Positions 49,961 through 59,362 of a stretch of 64,000 nt of DNA are shown in pieces (the first letter of the stretch is position 1; the number at the start of each line of letters is the position of its first letter). This stretch comes from Hyphomicrobiales bacterium. Its GTDB lineage: Bacteria; Pseudomonadota; Alphaproteobacteria; JAPOUT01. Location of the stretch: the NCBI GenBank assembly GCA_026708545.1, contig JAPOUT010000109.1, positions 1,921 through 65,920 on the forward strand. Reading direction: 5' to 3'. Under the pieces are notes generated by a model, which saw only the letters and a list, made by a program, of their open reading frames with translations, was not told the origin of the DNA and did no database searches. The translations under genes and the position numbers were made by a program.

Positions 49961-51358
49961 ATGAAACACTCTACGGCAACCCTCCCTGATCGAGAGCAAC
50001 GCCTCGCAAAGGCGTTGCGAAGCAATCTGCGCAGGCGAAAACAGAGCATATCCTCGGACGAGAGAATCGAGGAAGCGGGCGAGGGGAACGACATCCTTTC
50101 CGTCAAGGGGGGAACTCGATTGGTTGGAGAAATACCCATCAGCGGAGCAAAGAACGCGGCGCTCCCGTTGCTCGTGGCAAGTTTGTTGACCGATGAAGAA
50201 ATGCGATTCGATAATATCCCGAGGGTTAGCGATGTTCGTATACTGCTCGAACTTCTCAATATGCTCGGTTGCTGCAGTGAGAATATTGACGGCACATGGA
50301 AACTCCAAGCCAAAAATATTACGCAAACTACCGCGCCTTACGAAATAGTCTCGAAAATGCGTGCTGGCTTCTGGGTCATCGCGCCGCTCCTCGCTCGATG
50401 CGGCGAAGCATGCGTGTCACTTCCCGGTGGTTGTGCCATCGGCGCGCGTCCCGTTAACCTTTATATCAAGGCTCTTGAAGCCATGGGTGCGGACATTTCA
50501 CTGGAGGAAGGGTACATCCGCGCCAATGCTCAAAACGGACTTTCCGGTGCGCATATTCATCTGCCATTCGTGTCCGTTGGCGCAACGCACGTCGTCGCAA
50601 TGGCGGCATCGTTGGCAAAAGGCCGAACCGTTCTTGAGAACGCTGCCCGCGAGCCCGAAGTCGTCACTCTTCTCGAGTGTCTCAAAAAAATGGGCGCAAA
50701 CATCAAGGGTGTCGGAACATCACGCATAACCATTGAGGGGGTTGGCGGACTCCTGCACGGCACGGGGCACACCGTTCCGCCTGACAGGATAGAGGCTGGC
50801 ACCTACGCTATCGCCGTCGCAATCACCGGGGGAGAAGCGGTTTTAAGGGGCATAGGCATCGACATGCTTGAAAGCCTGCGCGATATTCTCGTTGCCGCAG
50901 GCGTTGACGTCACCGAAAACGCCGAGGGACTGCTCGTTGCACGACGCACGCCCCGATGTAGCGCTGTGTCCATTGAAACCGCGCCTTATCCCGGGTTTCC
51001 AACGGACCTGCAGGCACAATTCATGGCGATGATGTGCCTTGCGGATGGAAATACCACGATTACCGAAACCATCTTTGAAAATCGCTTCATGCATGTCCCC
51101 GAGCTCATCCGTATGGGCGCAAACATCAATCTCCGGCGTGATAAGGCCGTTGTGCACGGTGTGCCCGAACTTGCCGGCGCAAGCGTCAAAGCAACCGACC
51201 TGCGCGCCTCCGTTTGCCTCGTGCTCGCAGGACTTGCCGCGCAAGGCGAAACCCGTGTACGGCATATTCATCACCTGGATAGAGGTTTCGAAAACCTCGA
51301 AGACAAACTCTCGGCGTGTGGCGCGAATATTCAACGCTTGAAGGAGACGCCCGCATGA
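49961..51358 (+). CDS. murA: UDP-N-acetylglucosamine 1-carboxyvinyltransferase (with ~45-aa N-terminal extension as called)
   Basis: MurA core from '...SVKGGTRLVGEIPISGAKNAALPLL'; catalytic Cys loop; no in-frame ATG/GTG/TTG near canonical N-terminus, so first ATG used. Confidence 0.85.
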   Translation: MKHSTATLPDREQRLAKALRSNLRRRKQSISSDERIEEAGEGNDILSVKGGTRLVGEIPISGAKNAALPLLVASLLTDEEMRFDNIPRVSDVRILLELLNMLGCCSENIDGTWKLQAKNITQTTAPYEIVSKMRAGFWVIAPLLARCGEACVSLPGGCAIGARPVNLYIKALEAMGADISLEEGYIRANAQNGLSGAHIHLPFVSVGATHVVAMAASLAKGRTVLENAAREPEVVTLLECLKKMGANIKGVGTSRITIEGVGGLLHGTGHTVPPDRIEAGTYAIAVAITGGEAVLRGIGIDMLESLRDILVAAGVDVTENAEGLLVARRTPRCSAVSIETAPYPGFPTDLQAQFMAMMCLADGNTTITETIFENRFMHVPELIRMGANINLRRDKAVVHGVPELAGASVKATDLRASVCLVLAGLAAQGETRVRHIHHLDRGFENLEDKLSACGANIQRLKETPA

Positions 51359-51816
51359 ACAAACCACTCAAACTTCGAGGGAACGACAGCGAGGACGTTG
51401 CCATTATCGCATCCTGTCTGCAAGAATCCGTCGGAAAAATCGGCAATATGATCTATCAACCGAAACGCCGGAGTTTCTACTGCCTCCTTAATCGTTTTGC
51501 ATGGGAACGACGAAACGAAACGGACGAAGGCGCTGTCGAAAACGTAGGCTGCCTGCTCTATTTCCACTGCGTTCTCGGAGCACATAGGCGTAAACTCGAC
51601 AAACTCGAGCGAGACGATTCGCTTTGTCTTCTCACTCTGTATTTCCACGAAAGCGTCCCGCCCGGCGGAATGGTGCGCATGCTGTTCGCCAACGAGGGAG
51701 AAATTTGCCTGGATGTTGAAGCTCTCGACGTATATCTTCTTGATGTCGGCAGGCCATGGTCCTCCATTGTCAAACCGGACGATGCCTTGCTCAATATGGA
51801 GGCGTGGCAATCATGA
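51355..51816 (+). CDS. DUF2948 family protein
   Basis: ATGA overlap with murA, AAGGAG RBS; conserved murA-DUF2948-hisD arrangement. Confidence 0.65.
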   Translation: MNKPLKLRGNDSEDVAIIASCLQESVGKIGNMIYQPKRRSFYCLLNRFAWERRNETDEGAVENVGCLLYFHCVLGAHRRKLDKLERDDSLCLLTLYFHESVPPGGMVRMLFANEGEICLDVEALDVYLLDVGRPWSSIVKPDDALLNMEAWQS

Positions 51817-53111
51817 GTCACCGGTTCGATACGACGCAAAAAGATTTTCACTCCCGATTTCGCAAATTTCTCGAACGCCAGCGCGAATCCGGCGGGGACG
51901 TCTCACGCCAGGTTGCCGACATACTCGAGTGCGTGCGACTCAAAGGGGATACCGCTCTGCGCGAATACACCAAAAAATTCGACCATTTCGAACTGCCTCA
52001 CAACGAAGCCTTCACTATTCCCGAAGAGGCAATTATCACCGCTTTTGAGATGTGTGAAACTGAAACGATTGACGCCTTGCAACTTGCCGCCGAACGCATT
52101 GAAGTCTTCCACCGCCGGCAAATGCCCGAAGATATCTTCTTCACCGATGGTATCGGCGTTGGACTCGGATACCGCTGGAAACCCTTAAAATCCGTCGGAC
52201 TCTATGTCCCGGGCGGAACTGCAAGCTATCCGAGTTCTGTCCTCATGAATGCAATCCCCGCCCGCATCGCCGGCGTCCAACGCATGGTTATCACAACGCC
52301 GACACCGCGTGGCGCTATCCAGCCACTTGTGCTCGCCGCTGCGCATATCGCCGGCGTCACGGAGATCTACCGCCTCGGCGGAGCTCAGGCCATCGCGGCG
52401 CTCGCCTTTGGTTCCGATAGCATCGAACGGGTCGATAAAATTATAGGGCCCGGCAACATATTCGTCGCCGAAGCCAAACGGCAAGTCTTTGGCAAATGCG
52501 GTATTGATGCCATCGCGGGACCGTCCGAAATCATTGTGCTCGCCGAGGGCGACAACAACGCCGAGTGGATTGCCGCAGATCTCCTCTCGCAAGCGGAGCA
52601 CGATACGTCGGCACGCGCCATCCTCGTCACCGATAATGCCGCGCTCGGCAATAAGGTCGCCGACGCCGTTGAAATGCAACTCGCAAACCTTCCACGCAAA
52701 GACATTGCGGGGGAAAGCTGGAAAAACTTTGGTGCAATCATCCTGGTCAAGTCAATGGAAGAGGGCGTCGAAATCGTTGACCTGCTCGCCCCCGAGCATC
52801 TCGAAGTCTTCTCAACAAATGCCGAGCAAATCGCCGAAAACATCCACAACGCCGGCGCCATCTTCCTCGGTGCTCATACTCCCGAAACCATCGGCGATTA
52901 CCTCGGCGGTTCAAACCACGTGCTGCCCACAAATGCGAGCGCGCGTTTTGCTTCCGGCTTGTCGACTCTCGACTTCCTCAAGCGAACGTCACTGCTGCAA
53001 TGCCCCCCTGAGGCGCTTGCGAAACTCGCGCCGGCGGCCATCACCCTCGCACAAGCTGAAGGACTTGACGCCCACGCACAAGCCGTAAAACTGCGCGTGA
53101 AAAAACCATGA
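51813..53111 (+). CDS. hisD: histidinol dehydrogenase
   Basis: Start trimmed to MSHRFDT; HisD motifs (GPGNIFVAEAKRQVFG, AEHD). Confidence 0.9.
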   Translation: MSHRFDTTQKDFHSRFRKFLERQRESGGDVSRQVADILECVRLKGDTALREYTKKFDHFELPHNEAFTIPEEAIITAFEMCETETIDALQLAAERIEVFHRRQMPEDIFFTDGIGVGLGYRWKPLKSVGLYVPGGTASYPSSVLMNAIPARIAGVQRMVITTPTPRGAIQPLVLAAAHIAGVTEIYRLGGAQAIAALAFGSDSIERVDKIIGPGNIFVAEAKRQVFGKCGIDAIAGPSEIIVLAEGDNNAEWIAADLLSQAEHDTSARAILVTDNAALGNKVADAVEMQLANLPRKDIAGESWKNFGAIILVKSMEEGVEIVDLLAPEHLEVFSTNAEQIAENIHNAGAIFLGAHTPETIGDYLGGSNHVLPTNASARFASGLSTLDFLKRTSLLQCPPEALAKLAPAAITLAQAEGLDAHAQAVKLRVKKP

Positions 53112-53596
53112 CCCCCGATAAACGCAAGGGAGACTTCTTCCTTATCAGCGTTGACCTTGATGATACAACCGCTTTTCAACGTTCCGAGACCGTAGAACAT
53201 GAATGCAAGGTCGCCATTTACGATTTACTCGAGCGCAACTATTTTGCGCCGGTTCAAAGTGACGGGGGACCGTATCGATTGCGTCTTGGAGTCGAAGACA
53301 ACCGGCTTCTCTTCGATATCGCAACAAAAGACAACAATCCGCACGGGCGACTCCTCCTCTCGCTCTCGCCGTTTCAAAAACTTCTGAAAGATTATTTTCT
53401 CATTTGCCAAAGCTATTGGAAAGCCATGCAGGCGGGGTCGTCTGCACATATCGAGGCTATCGACATGGGGCGGCGGGGCCTGCACGACGATGGCTCTAGG
53501 CTGTTGCAGGAACGCCTCGAGGGAAAAATCGACGTTGACTGGGAAACATCCAGGCGACTCTTCACTCTTATCTGTGTGCTGCATATCAACGAATAA
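53108..53596 (+). CDS. UPF0262 family protein
   Basis: 162 aa; conserved downstream partner of hisD. Confidence 0.65.
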   Translation: MTPDKRKGDFFLISVDLDDTTAFQRSETVEHECKVAIYDLLERNYFAPVQSDGGPYRLRLGVEDNRLLFDIATKDNNPHGRLLLSLSPFQKLLKDYFLICQSYWKAMQAGSSAHIEAIDMGRRGLHDDGSRLLQERLEGKIDVDWETSRRLFTLICVLHINE

Positions 53597-53604
53597 GTGA
53601 CAAG

Positions 53605-54087
53605 ATGGGCAAAAACCTACAACTCCCTGATGCCGTATTGTTTGCTTGCAATCAAAACTCCATCCGCTCGCCAATGGCGGAAGCTATTCTTAAACATATC
53701 TTGGGCGACAAAATCTATGTCGATTCATGCGGACTCGTTGCAAGCGAAATCGATCCTTTCGTTCTTGCTGTCATGGACGAAATCAACATTGATCTCTCCA
53801 AGCACAAAGCCAAAAGTTTCGATAACCTCGCAGACACATCCTTCAATCTCATCATCGCGCTCACACCGGAGTCACTCGAATGCGCAAACGAATTTACCCG
53901 TGCAATTTCCGTTGCGGTGGAGTATTGGCCAACCTCGAATCCATCCGACACCATAGGCAGCCGCGAACACAAACTTGAGGCCTACCGGCGCGTACGCGAC
54001 GACCTTATTAAGCAAATTCAAAAACGCTTTGAAATACATTCCAAAATATTGCCGGATTCTACAAAACATGTTAAACGAAAACCATGA
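53605..54087 (+). CDS. low molecular weight phosphotyrosine protein phosphatase / ArsC-like
   Basis: CX5R P-loop 'CNQNSIRSPMAE' near N-terminus. Confidence 0.75.
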   Translation: MGKNLQLPDAVLFACNQNSIRSPMAEAILKHILGDKIYVDSCGLVASEIDPFVLAVMDEINIDLSKHKAKSFDNLADTSFNLIIALTPESLECANEFTRAISVAVEYWPTSNPSDTIGSREHKLEAYRRVRDDLIKQIQKRFEIHSKILPDSTKHVKRKP

Positions 54088-55469
54088 ATAAAACGCGCTC
54101 CAACACAACCGCAACGCTTGCTGAATACGACAACCGGCACTATCTCCATCCGTGGGAGGCGATGGAATCCTACGGGAATGCCAACCGGCTCATCGCTACA
54201 AAAGCCGAAGGCGTCTATATCTACGATCAACACGGGCGCAAACTCATTGACGGGCCGGGAGGTATGTGGTGCGTGCAAATCGGTCATGGACGCAAGGAAA
54301 TCGCAGACGCTATCACCGAACAAATCGATACGCTCTCCTATTGCTCGCCGTGGTTCATGACGTCCGCACCCGGCGCAACCCTCGCGCAGACACTTGCAAA
54401 TATGGCACCCGGCGACCTGAACAATGTTTTCTTCACAACCGGAGGTTCAACCGCCGTCGACACCGCAATCCGAACCATGCACTTCTACAACAACCGGCTC
54501 GGACGACCTAATAAAAAAATCATGATTGCACGAGAGAAGGGCTACCACGGTTCGACTTTCTTGGCCGCAAGCGTCTCGGGAAAAGAACGTGACAAAAGCT
54601 GGTTCGACATCAACAGCCCTCTTGTACGCATCCTTCCCAATGTTAATCCGAATTTGCGCCCCGAAGGCATGAGCCCCGAGGAATGGTGCGATGTGAAAGT
54701 CAAAGATCTCGAGGACACCATCCTCGAAGCCGGCGAGGAGAATGTTGGTGGTTTCATTGCCGAGCCGGTGCTTGCTTCCGGCGGAGTCATCATTCCCCCG
54801 CCGGGTTATCACCAAAAAACGCTTGAAGTCTGTCGCAAACATGATGTGTTATATATTTCCGATGAGGTGGTTTGCGCTTTTGGGAGACTGGGACATTGGT
54901 TTTCATCGCAGGAGGTTTTCGGTATTACACCCGATATCATTACTTGCGCCAAGGGACTCACTTCGGGCTATCAGCCTCTCGGAGCGTGCATTATCTCCGA
55001 CCGCATCATCAACACCATCAGCGGCGACGGACAAAAGGACGTTCTTTTCTCCAACGGTTACACCTATTCCGGTCACCCCATTCCCTGCGCCGTTGCACTT
55101 AAAAACATCGAAATCATGCGGCGCGAGAATATCCTCGAACATGTGCGCGATATTTCTCCCTACTTCCTTGAACGCCTCGAATCCCTCAAGCGCTACCCCG
55201 TTGTCGGAGACGCCAGGGCTATCGGACTCGTCGGGTGCATCGAGGGGCGTATCCGGTCGCAAAAAGACTCCGAGCCCGAACGCCTCCAACTCGACAGAGA
55301 CATCGGGGAGCAAATTGACCAAGCCTGTGAGGAAAAAGGGCTCATTGTGCGTCCCCTGATCAACATGTGTGTATTCTCGCCCCCGCTGGTCATCACTCGC
55401 GACGAGCTCTCCCGTATGATGGATATCCTCGAGAGCGCCATCGCGGAACTATCGGAGAAATCCGCATAA
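54084..55469 (+). CDS. class III (omega) aminotransferase, PLP-dependent
   Basis: 461 aa; motifs HGYHGST, DEVVCAFGRLG, TCAKGLTSG (Schiff-base Lys). Confidence 0.85.
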   Translation: MNKTRSNTTATLAEYDNRHYLHPWEAMESYGNANRLIATKAEGVYIYDQHGRKLIDGPGGMWCVQIGHGRKEIADAITEQIDTLSYCSPWFMTSAPGATLAQTLANMAPGDLNNVFFTTGGSTAVDTAIRTMHFYNNRLGRPNKKIMIAREKGYHGSTFLAASVSGKERDKSWFDINSPLVRILPNVNPNLRPEGMSPEEWCDVKVKDLEDTILEAGEENVGGFIAEPVLASGGVIIPPPGYHQKTLEVCRKHDVLYISDEVVCAFGRLGHWFSSQEVFGITPDIITCAKGLTSGYQPLGACIISDRIINTISGDGQKDVLFSNGYTYSGHPIPCAVALKNIEIMRRENILEHVRDISPYFLERLESLKRYPVVGDARAIGLVGCIEGRIRSQKDSEPERLQLDRDIGEQIDQACEEKGLIVRPLINMCVFSPPLVITRDELSRMMDILESAIAELSEKSA

Positions 55470-55764
55470 TTGCCAAAATAACCGTCCATGTGCTAGACTT
55501 CGTGTCTGTAGCATTTCTGTATAAGGAGTAGCCCCATGAACGAAATTTTCCAAACTCTTGCCATGAGATGTGCCATAGCTTGTCGGCAGGGCATGTCGTT
55601 TAGGCCGGTGTCGCCTGTTGCGGTGGTATGACTTATTGCCATATGGAACTCGTCACCGTCAGCGAACCCATTATTGTGACCATGTGTAACACGGACAGAC
55701 CCATTCTCTCTGCCGAAGAACAGGCGAGCATCGGATGTTCACCATCGACATCGAGGGCACTTTC

Positions 55765-56553
55765 ATGACGCTTGCACGCATTAATATCCTTGTGTCTGCA
55801 ATGTTGTTACTCTCGGCTTGTTCGTTGGGTTCGCCGCAGGATACCCTCCCGCCGCTTTCAGGCAACTATAAAATCGGCAAACCATATCAGATTTCGGGAC
55901 AGTGGTATCATCCGCACCATAATCCCGAGTATGATGAAGTTGGGATTGCGTCGTGGTATGGCCCTGGCTTTCACGGCAACACGACTGCCAACGGCGAGAT
56001 TTACGACCAAAACGCGCTCACGGCTGCGCATCCGACTTTGCCGATGCCCGTGCTTGTGCGCGTGACCAATCTCGAGAACGGACGTTCGTTGGTCTTGCGT
56101 GTGAATGATCGTGGTCCTTTTGTAGGCGGGCGCATTATAGATGTATCGCGTCGTGCGGCGGAGCGGTTGGGATTTTGGCGTCAAGGTACTGCTTGGGTTC
56201 GAGTGAAATATCTCTCCGGTGGTCCGGATAGCCAGCCCGCGACGCAAAAAACACAAGCAACAGAATCCCCTGATCCTTCACAGAGGCAGTTATTTGTACA
56301 AGCGGATTCGCTACGGGCGTATGAAAATGCTGCGACCTTGCGTGATACGTTGCACGGCTTTGGAAATGCTCGCATTGATGAGATTGTTACGAATGATGAG
56401 TCTGTCTATCGAATTCGTTTAGGCCCTTGGGAAGACTGGGATTCGGCGTATGATGTTCTGCAGATGGTCCTCTCTCGGGGCCATTCCCGTGCGCAAATCA
56501 TCTCGGTTGAAGAGCGCATCCTTGGGGGTGCAGGCTTGTTTACATCACAGTAA
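55765..56553 (+). CDS. rlpA: septal ring lytic transglycosylase RlpA family lipoprotein with SPOR-like C-terminus
   Basis: Start trimmed to MTLARINILVSAMLLLSACS (lipobox); DPBB motifs (GIASWYGPGFHGNTTANGE, VRVTNLENGRS..VRVNDRGP). Confidence 0.8.
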   Translation: MTLARINILVSAMLLLSACSLGSPQDTLPPLSGNYKIGKPYQISGQWYHPHHNPEYDEVGIASWYGPGFHGNTTANGEIYDQNALTAAHPTLPMPVLVRVTNLENGRSLVLRVNDRGPFVGGRIIDVSRRAAERLGFWRQGTAWVRVKYLSGGPDSQPATQKTQATESPDPSQRQLFVQADSLRAYENAATLRDTLHGFGNARIDEIVTNDESVYRIRLGPWEDWDSAYDVLQMVLSRGHSRAQIISVEERILGGAGLFTSQ

Positions 56554-56571
56554 CGCAAGGAGAAAAGGGGT

Positions 56572-57729
56572 ATGAACCCGAAATTGTATTTTTTTGCCGG
56601 TATAATTTTTGGACTTGCGTTTTTACCGTTTCGTCCTGCTGCGGCACAGCAGGAAACTCTTGCCTCTTATGCGGTTTTAATGGATGCGGGAAGTGGAACG
56701 GTCTTATTTGAGAAAAACGCTGATGTCCCGATGATGCCGGCGAGCATGAGCAAATTGATGTCGATGTTGCTACTGTTTGACAAGATTGAGGCGGGAGAGA
56801 TTTCGCTGGAAGACGAGTTGCTGGTGAGTGTGGATGCTTGGGAGCGGGGAGGGGCGAAATCTGGTTCATCGACGATGTTTGCGGACCCGAATTCCCTCAT
56901 TCGTTTGGAGGATTTGGTTCGTGGCGTCATCGTGCAGTCGGCAAATGATGCATCCATTGCCATCGCTGAGGGTATTGCCGGTTCGGAAGAAGCTTTTGCC
57001 ACGCAAATGAATCATCGTGCGGAGGAGTTAGGACTAGAGCACTCGAACTTTGTCAATGCCAGCGGCTGGCCCGATCCGAAGCATTATGCTTCGGCGGTGG
57101 ACCTTGCCCGGATAGCGCGATACATTTTATTCGAGCAGCCTGAGCATTATGCTTACTATGCGGAGAGGGATTTTGAATGGAACGGCATCAGACAATCCAA
57201 TCGCAATCCGCTACTGGGTGCCGAAACGGGAGTGGATGGATTAAAAACCGGACACACGGAGGAGTCCGGATATGGATTGGTTGTTTCTGCCAAGCGAGGG
57301 GGACGTCGGCTTATTCTTGTTGTGAATGGGCTCGGATCGAAACAGGAGCGAGCGCAAGAGGCGCGACGATTGTTGCATTGGGGATTCTCTGCATTTCGTT
57401 CTTATCGCTTGCTTAGTGCGGGAGAATCGGTTGCCAGGGTCCCGGTGTGGCACGGAGAGCATCGTCATGCGAATCTAATTACGCGCGAACCGGTCGAAAT
57501 TGTCTGGACTCCGGAACAACGACGCCAACTTGAAGCGAAGTTAATTTATGAGAATCCCTTGCATGCTCCCGTTAGTGCCGACACACCTGTTGCACGTCTG
57601 GTATTTAGTGCGCCGCAAGCGCAGAGTGTTGAGGTTCCGTTGTGGAGCAAGCATGCGATAAAACGTTCAGGAATGCTTTCGCGGGCGCTTGCGACTCTTG
57701 AGGCGATGGTTTACCCACCTGTTCCTTGA
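56572..57729 (+). CDS. D-alanyl-D-alanine carboxypeptidase (PBP5/6 family)
   Basis: Signal peptide; SxxK (PASMSKLM), SGN (QSAND), KTG (LKTGHT) motifs. Confidence 0.85.
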   Translation: MNPKLYFFAGIIFGLAFLPFRPAAAQQETLASYAVLMDAGSGTVLFEKNADVPMMPASMSKLMSMLLLFDKIEAGEISLEDELLVSVDAWERGGAKSGSSTMFADPNSLIRLEDLVRGVIVQSANDASIAIAEGIAGSEEAFATQMNHRAEELGLEHSNFVNASGWPDPKHYASAVDLARIARYILFEQPEHYAYYAERDFEWNGIRQSNRNPLLGAETGVDGLKTGHTEESGYGLVVSAKRGGRRLILVVNGLGSKQERAQEARRLLHWGFSAFRSYRLLSAGESVARVPVWHGEHRHANLITREPVEIVWTPEQRRQLEAKLIYENPLHAPVSADTPVARLVFSAPQAQSVEVPLWSKHAIKRSGMLSRALATLEAMVYPPVP

Positions 57730-58379
57730 TGGAAGGGGTGCGCGGATATTTTCTTTCCTTCGAAGGAGGGGAGGGCACGGGCAAGTCGACTCAGGTTAAT
57801 TTATTGCGGCACCGGCTTGAAGAGTTGGATATTGCGAGCATGACGACACGCGAACCGGGCGGCACGGAGATTGGCAGGCATGTGCGGGAGATTCTCCTTC
57901 ACACAAAGGATGAATCGATGCGCCTTTCTCCGATGAGTGAAGCTTTGCTTTTCGGACTCGACCGCTTCGAGCATCTGCAAAAAGTCATTCGACCTGCTTT
58001 AGAGAAGGGGAAATGGGTGTTGTGCGACCGTTTTGCCGATTCGACACTTGCCTACCAGGGATATGTTTTGGGTGGTGATGTTAGGGATATAGAAGCGTTG
58101 AATGCTCTGGTAGTTGGAAAAACGCAACCTGACCTGACTTTCGTGTTGGATATTGCAGCAGAGAAATCTCTGGCGCGAGCACATGAACGTCATGAAGAAT
58201 CCTCTTATTATGACGACAAGATGATCGAATTTCATGAAAAGATTCGTGCGGCGTTCTTAGCAATTGCCAAAGATAATCCCGAACGCTGCATTGTTATCGA
58301 TACTGACGCACCTGTTGAGAAAGTCGCTATGCGCATCGAAACAACCTGCCGGGAGCGTTTAGGTGTAGAATTCTCATGA
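57726..58379 (+). CDS. tmk: dTMP kinase
   Basis: P-loop FEGGEGTGKST, DRF motif. Confidence 0.9.
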   Translation: MMEGVRGYFLSFEGGEGTGKSTQVNLLRHRLEELDIASMTTREPGGTEIGRHVREILLHTKDESMRLSPMSEALLFGLDRFEHLQKVIRPALEKGKWVLCDRFADSTLAYQGYVLGGDVRDIEALNALVVGKTQPDLTFVLDIAAEKSLARAHERHEESSYYDDKMIEFHEKIRAAFLAIAKDNPERCIVIDTDAPVEKVAMRIETTCRERLGVEFS

Positions 58380-59362
58380 GCAAAGTACACGGGCATGACT
58401 CGGCAATTGCGCTTTGGAATTCGGCCTTGCAGGGAGGGCGAATGCATCACGCTTGGCTGCTGTGCGGACGACGAGGAATCGGTAAAGCGGGTCTGGCGCA
58501 CGGTTTCGCAAAGCAATTGCTCAACATTCCCGGAGATGATGATACTATCGTCGCGCATCCTGACCTGCTCGTATTGGAGCGCGAATGGGATGACAAGCGC
58601 AAGCGTCGAAAATCTTTTATATCGGTGGAGAATGTTCGACGCGTTTCAGATTTCTTTGCCAAGAGTGCCTCACATAATGGTTGGCGCGCTTGTATTATCG
58701 ATAGCGCCGACGAGATGAACCTCAATGCCGCCAATGCTTTGCTGAAGATTTTAGAGGAACCGCCACGACAAAGTCTATTTCTGTTAGTATCGCATCAACC
58801 GGAACGCCTTTTACCAACGTTGCTTTCGCGTTGCAGGCGCTTGCGGCTTAACCCTTTGAGTGATGATGATATGCTTGCGCTGTTGCAAGAAAGCCACCCC
58901 GATCTTGCTGCCGAGCAGCATGATAGATTGCTGTTGTTGTCAGAGGGAAGTCCCGGACGCGCTTTTGCGCTGATGGAAGGTGGTGGGCTAGAACTTTATG
59001 CGGATATGATATCATTGTTTGAAGGTCTGCCGGATCGTTTCGATATGTCGGCGGCGCATGTATTTGCCGACCGTTTGAGTGCGCTTGACCAGGAAAAACT
59101 CTATCGTGAGTTCATGGAATTGTTGCGAGGTTTTTTAGAACGGTTTATTCGCGCCTTGGTTGGGGGAGGGGCCCTGCCAGCGGGAGAGTCCCGCTTGTTG
59201 GAGCACCTTGCTTCGGACTGTATGATTGATTTATGGATTGGTGTGTGGGAAAAGATTGATAACTGGCTGGATGGCGTTGAGCGTTTGCAAATGAATCGCA
59301 AACAGACATTGTTGCTTGCCTTCGCACAGATAGAGGCGGCCGCACAGAAAAGAGAGATTTGA
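58376..59362 (+). CDS. holB: DNA polymerase III subunit delta'
   Basis: AAA+ clamp-loader fold, degenerate P-loop (GRRGIGKAG), ALLKILEEPP box. Confidence 0.8.
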   Translation: MSKVHGHDSAIALWNSALQGGRMHHAWLLCGRRGIGKAGLAHGFAKQLLNIPGDDDTIVAHPDLLVLEREWDDKRKRRKSFISVENVRRVSDFFAKSASHNGWRACIIDSADEMNLNAANALLKILEEPPRQSLFLLVSHQPERLLPTLLSRCRRLRLNPLSDDDMLALLQESHPDLAAEQHDRLLLLSEGSPGRAFALMEGGGLELYADMISLFEGLPDRFDMSAAHVFADRLSALDQEKLYREFMELLRGFLERFIRALVGGGALPAGESRLLEHLASDCMIDLWIGVWEKIDNWLDGVERLQMNRKQTLLLAFAQIEAAAQKREI

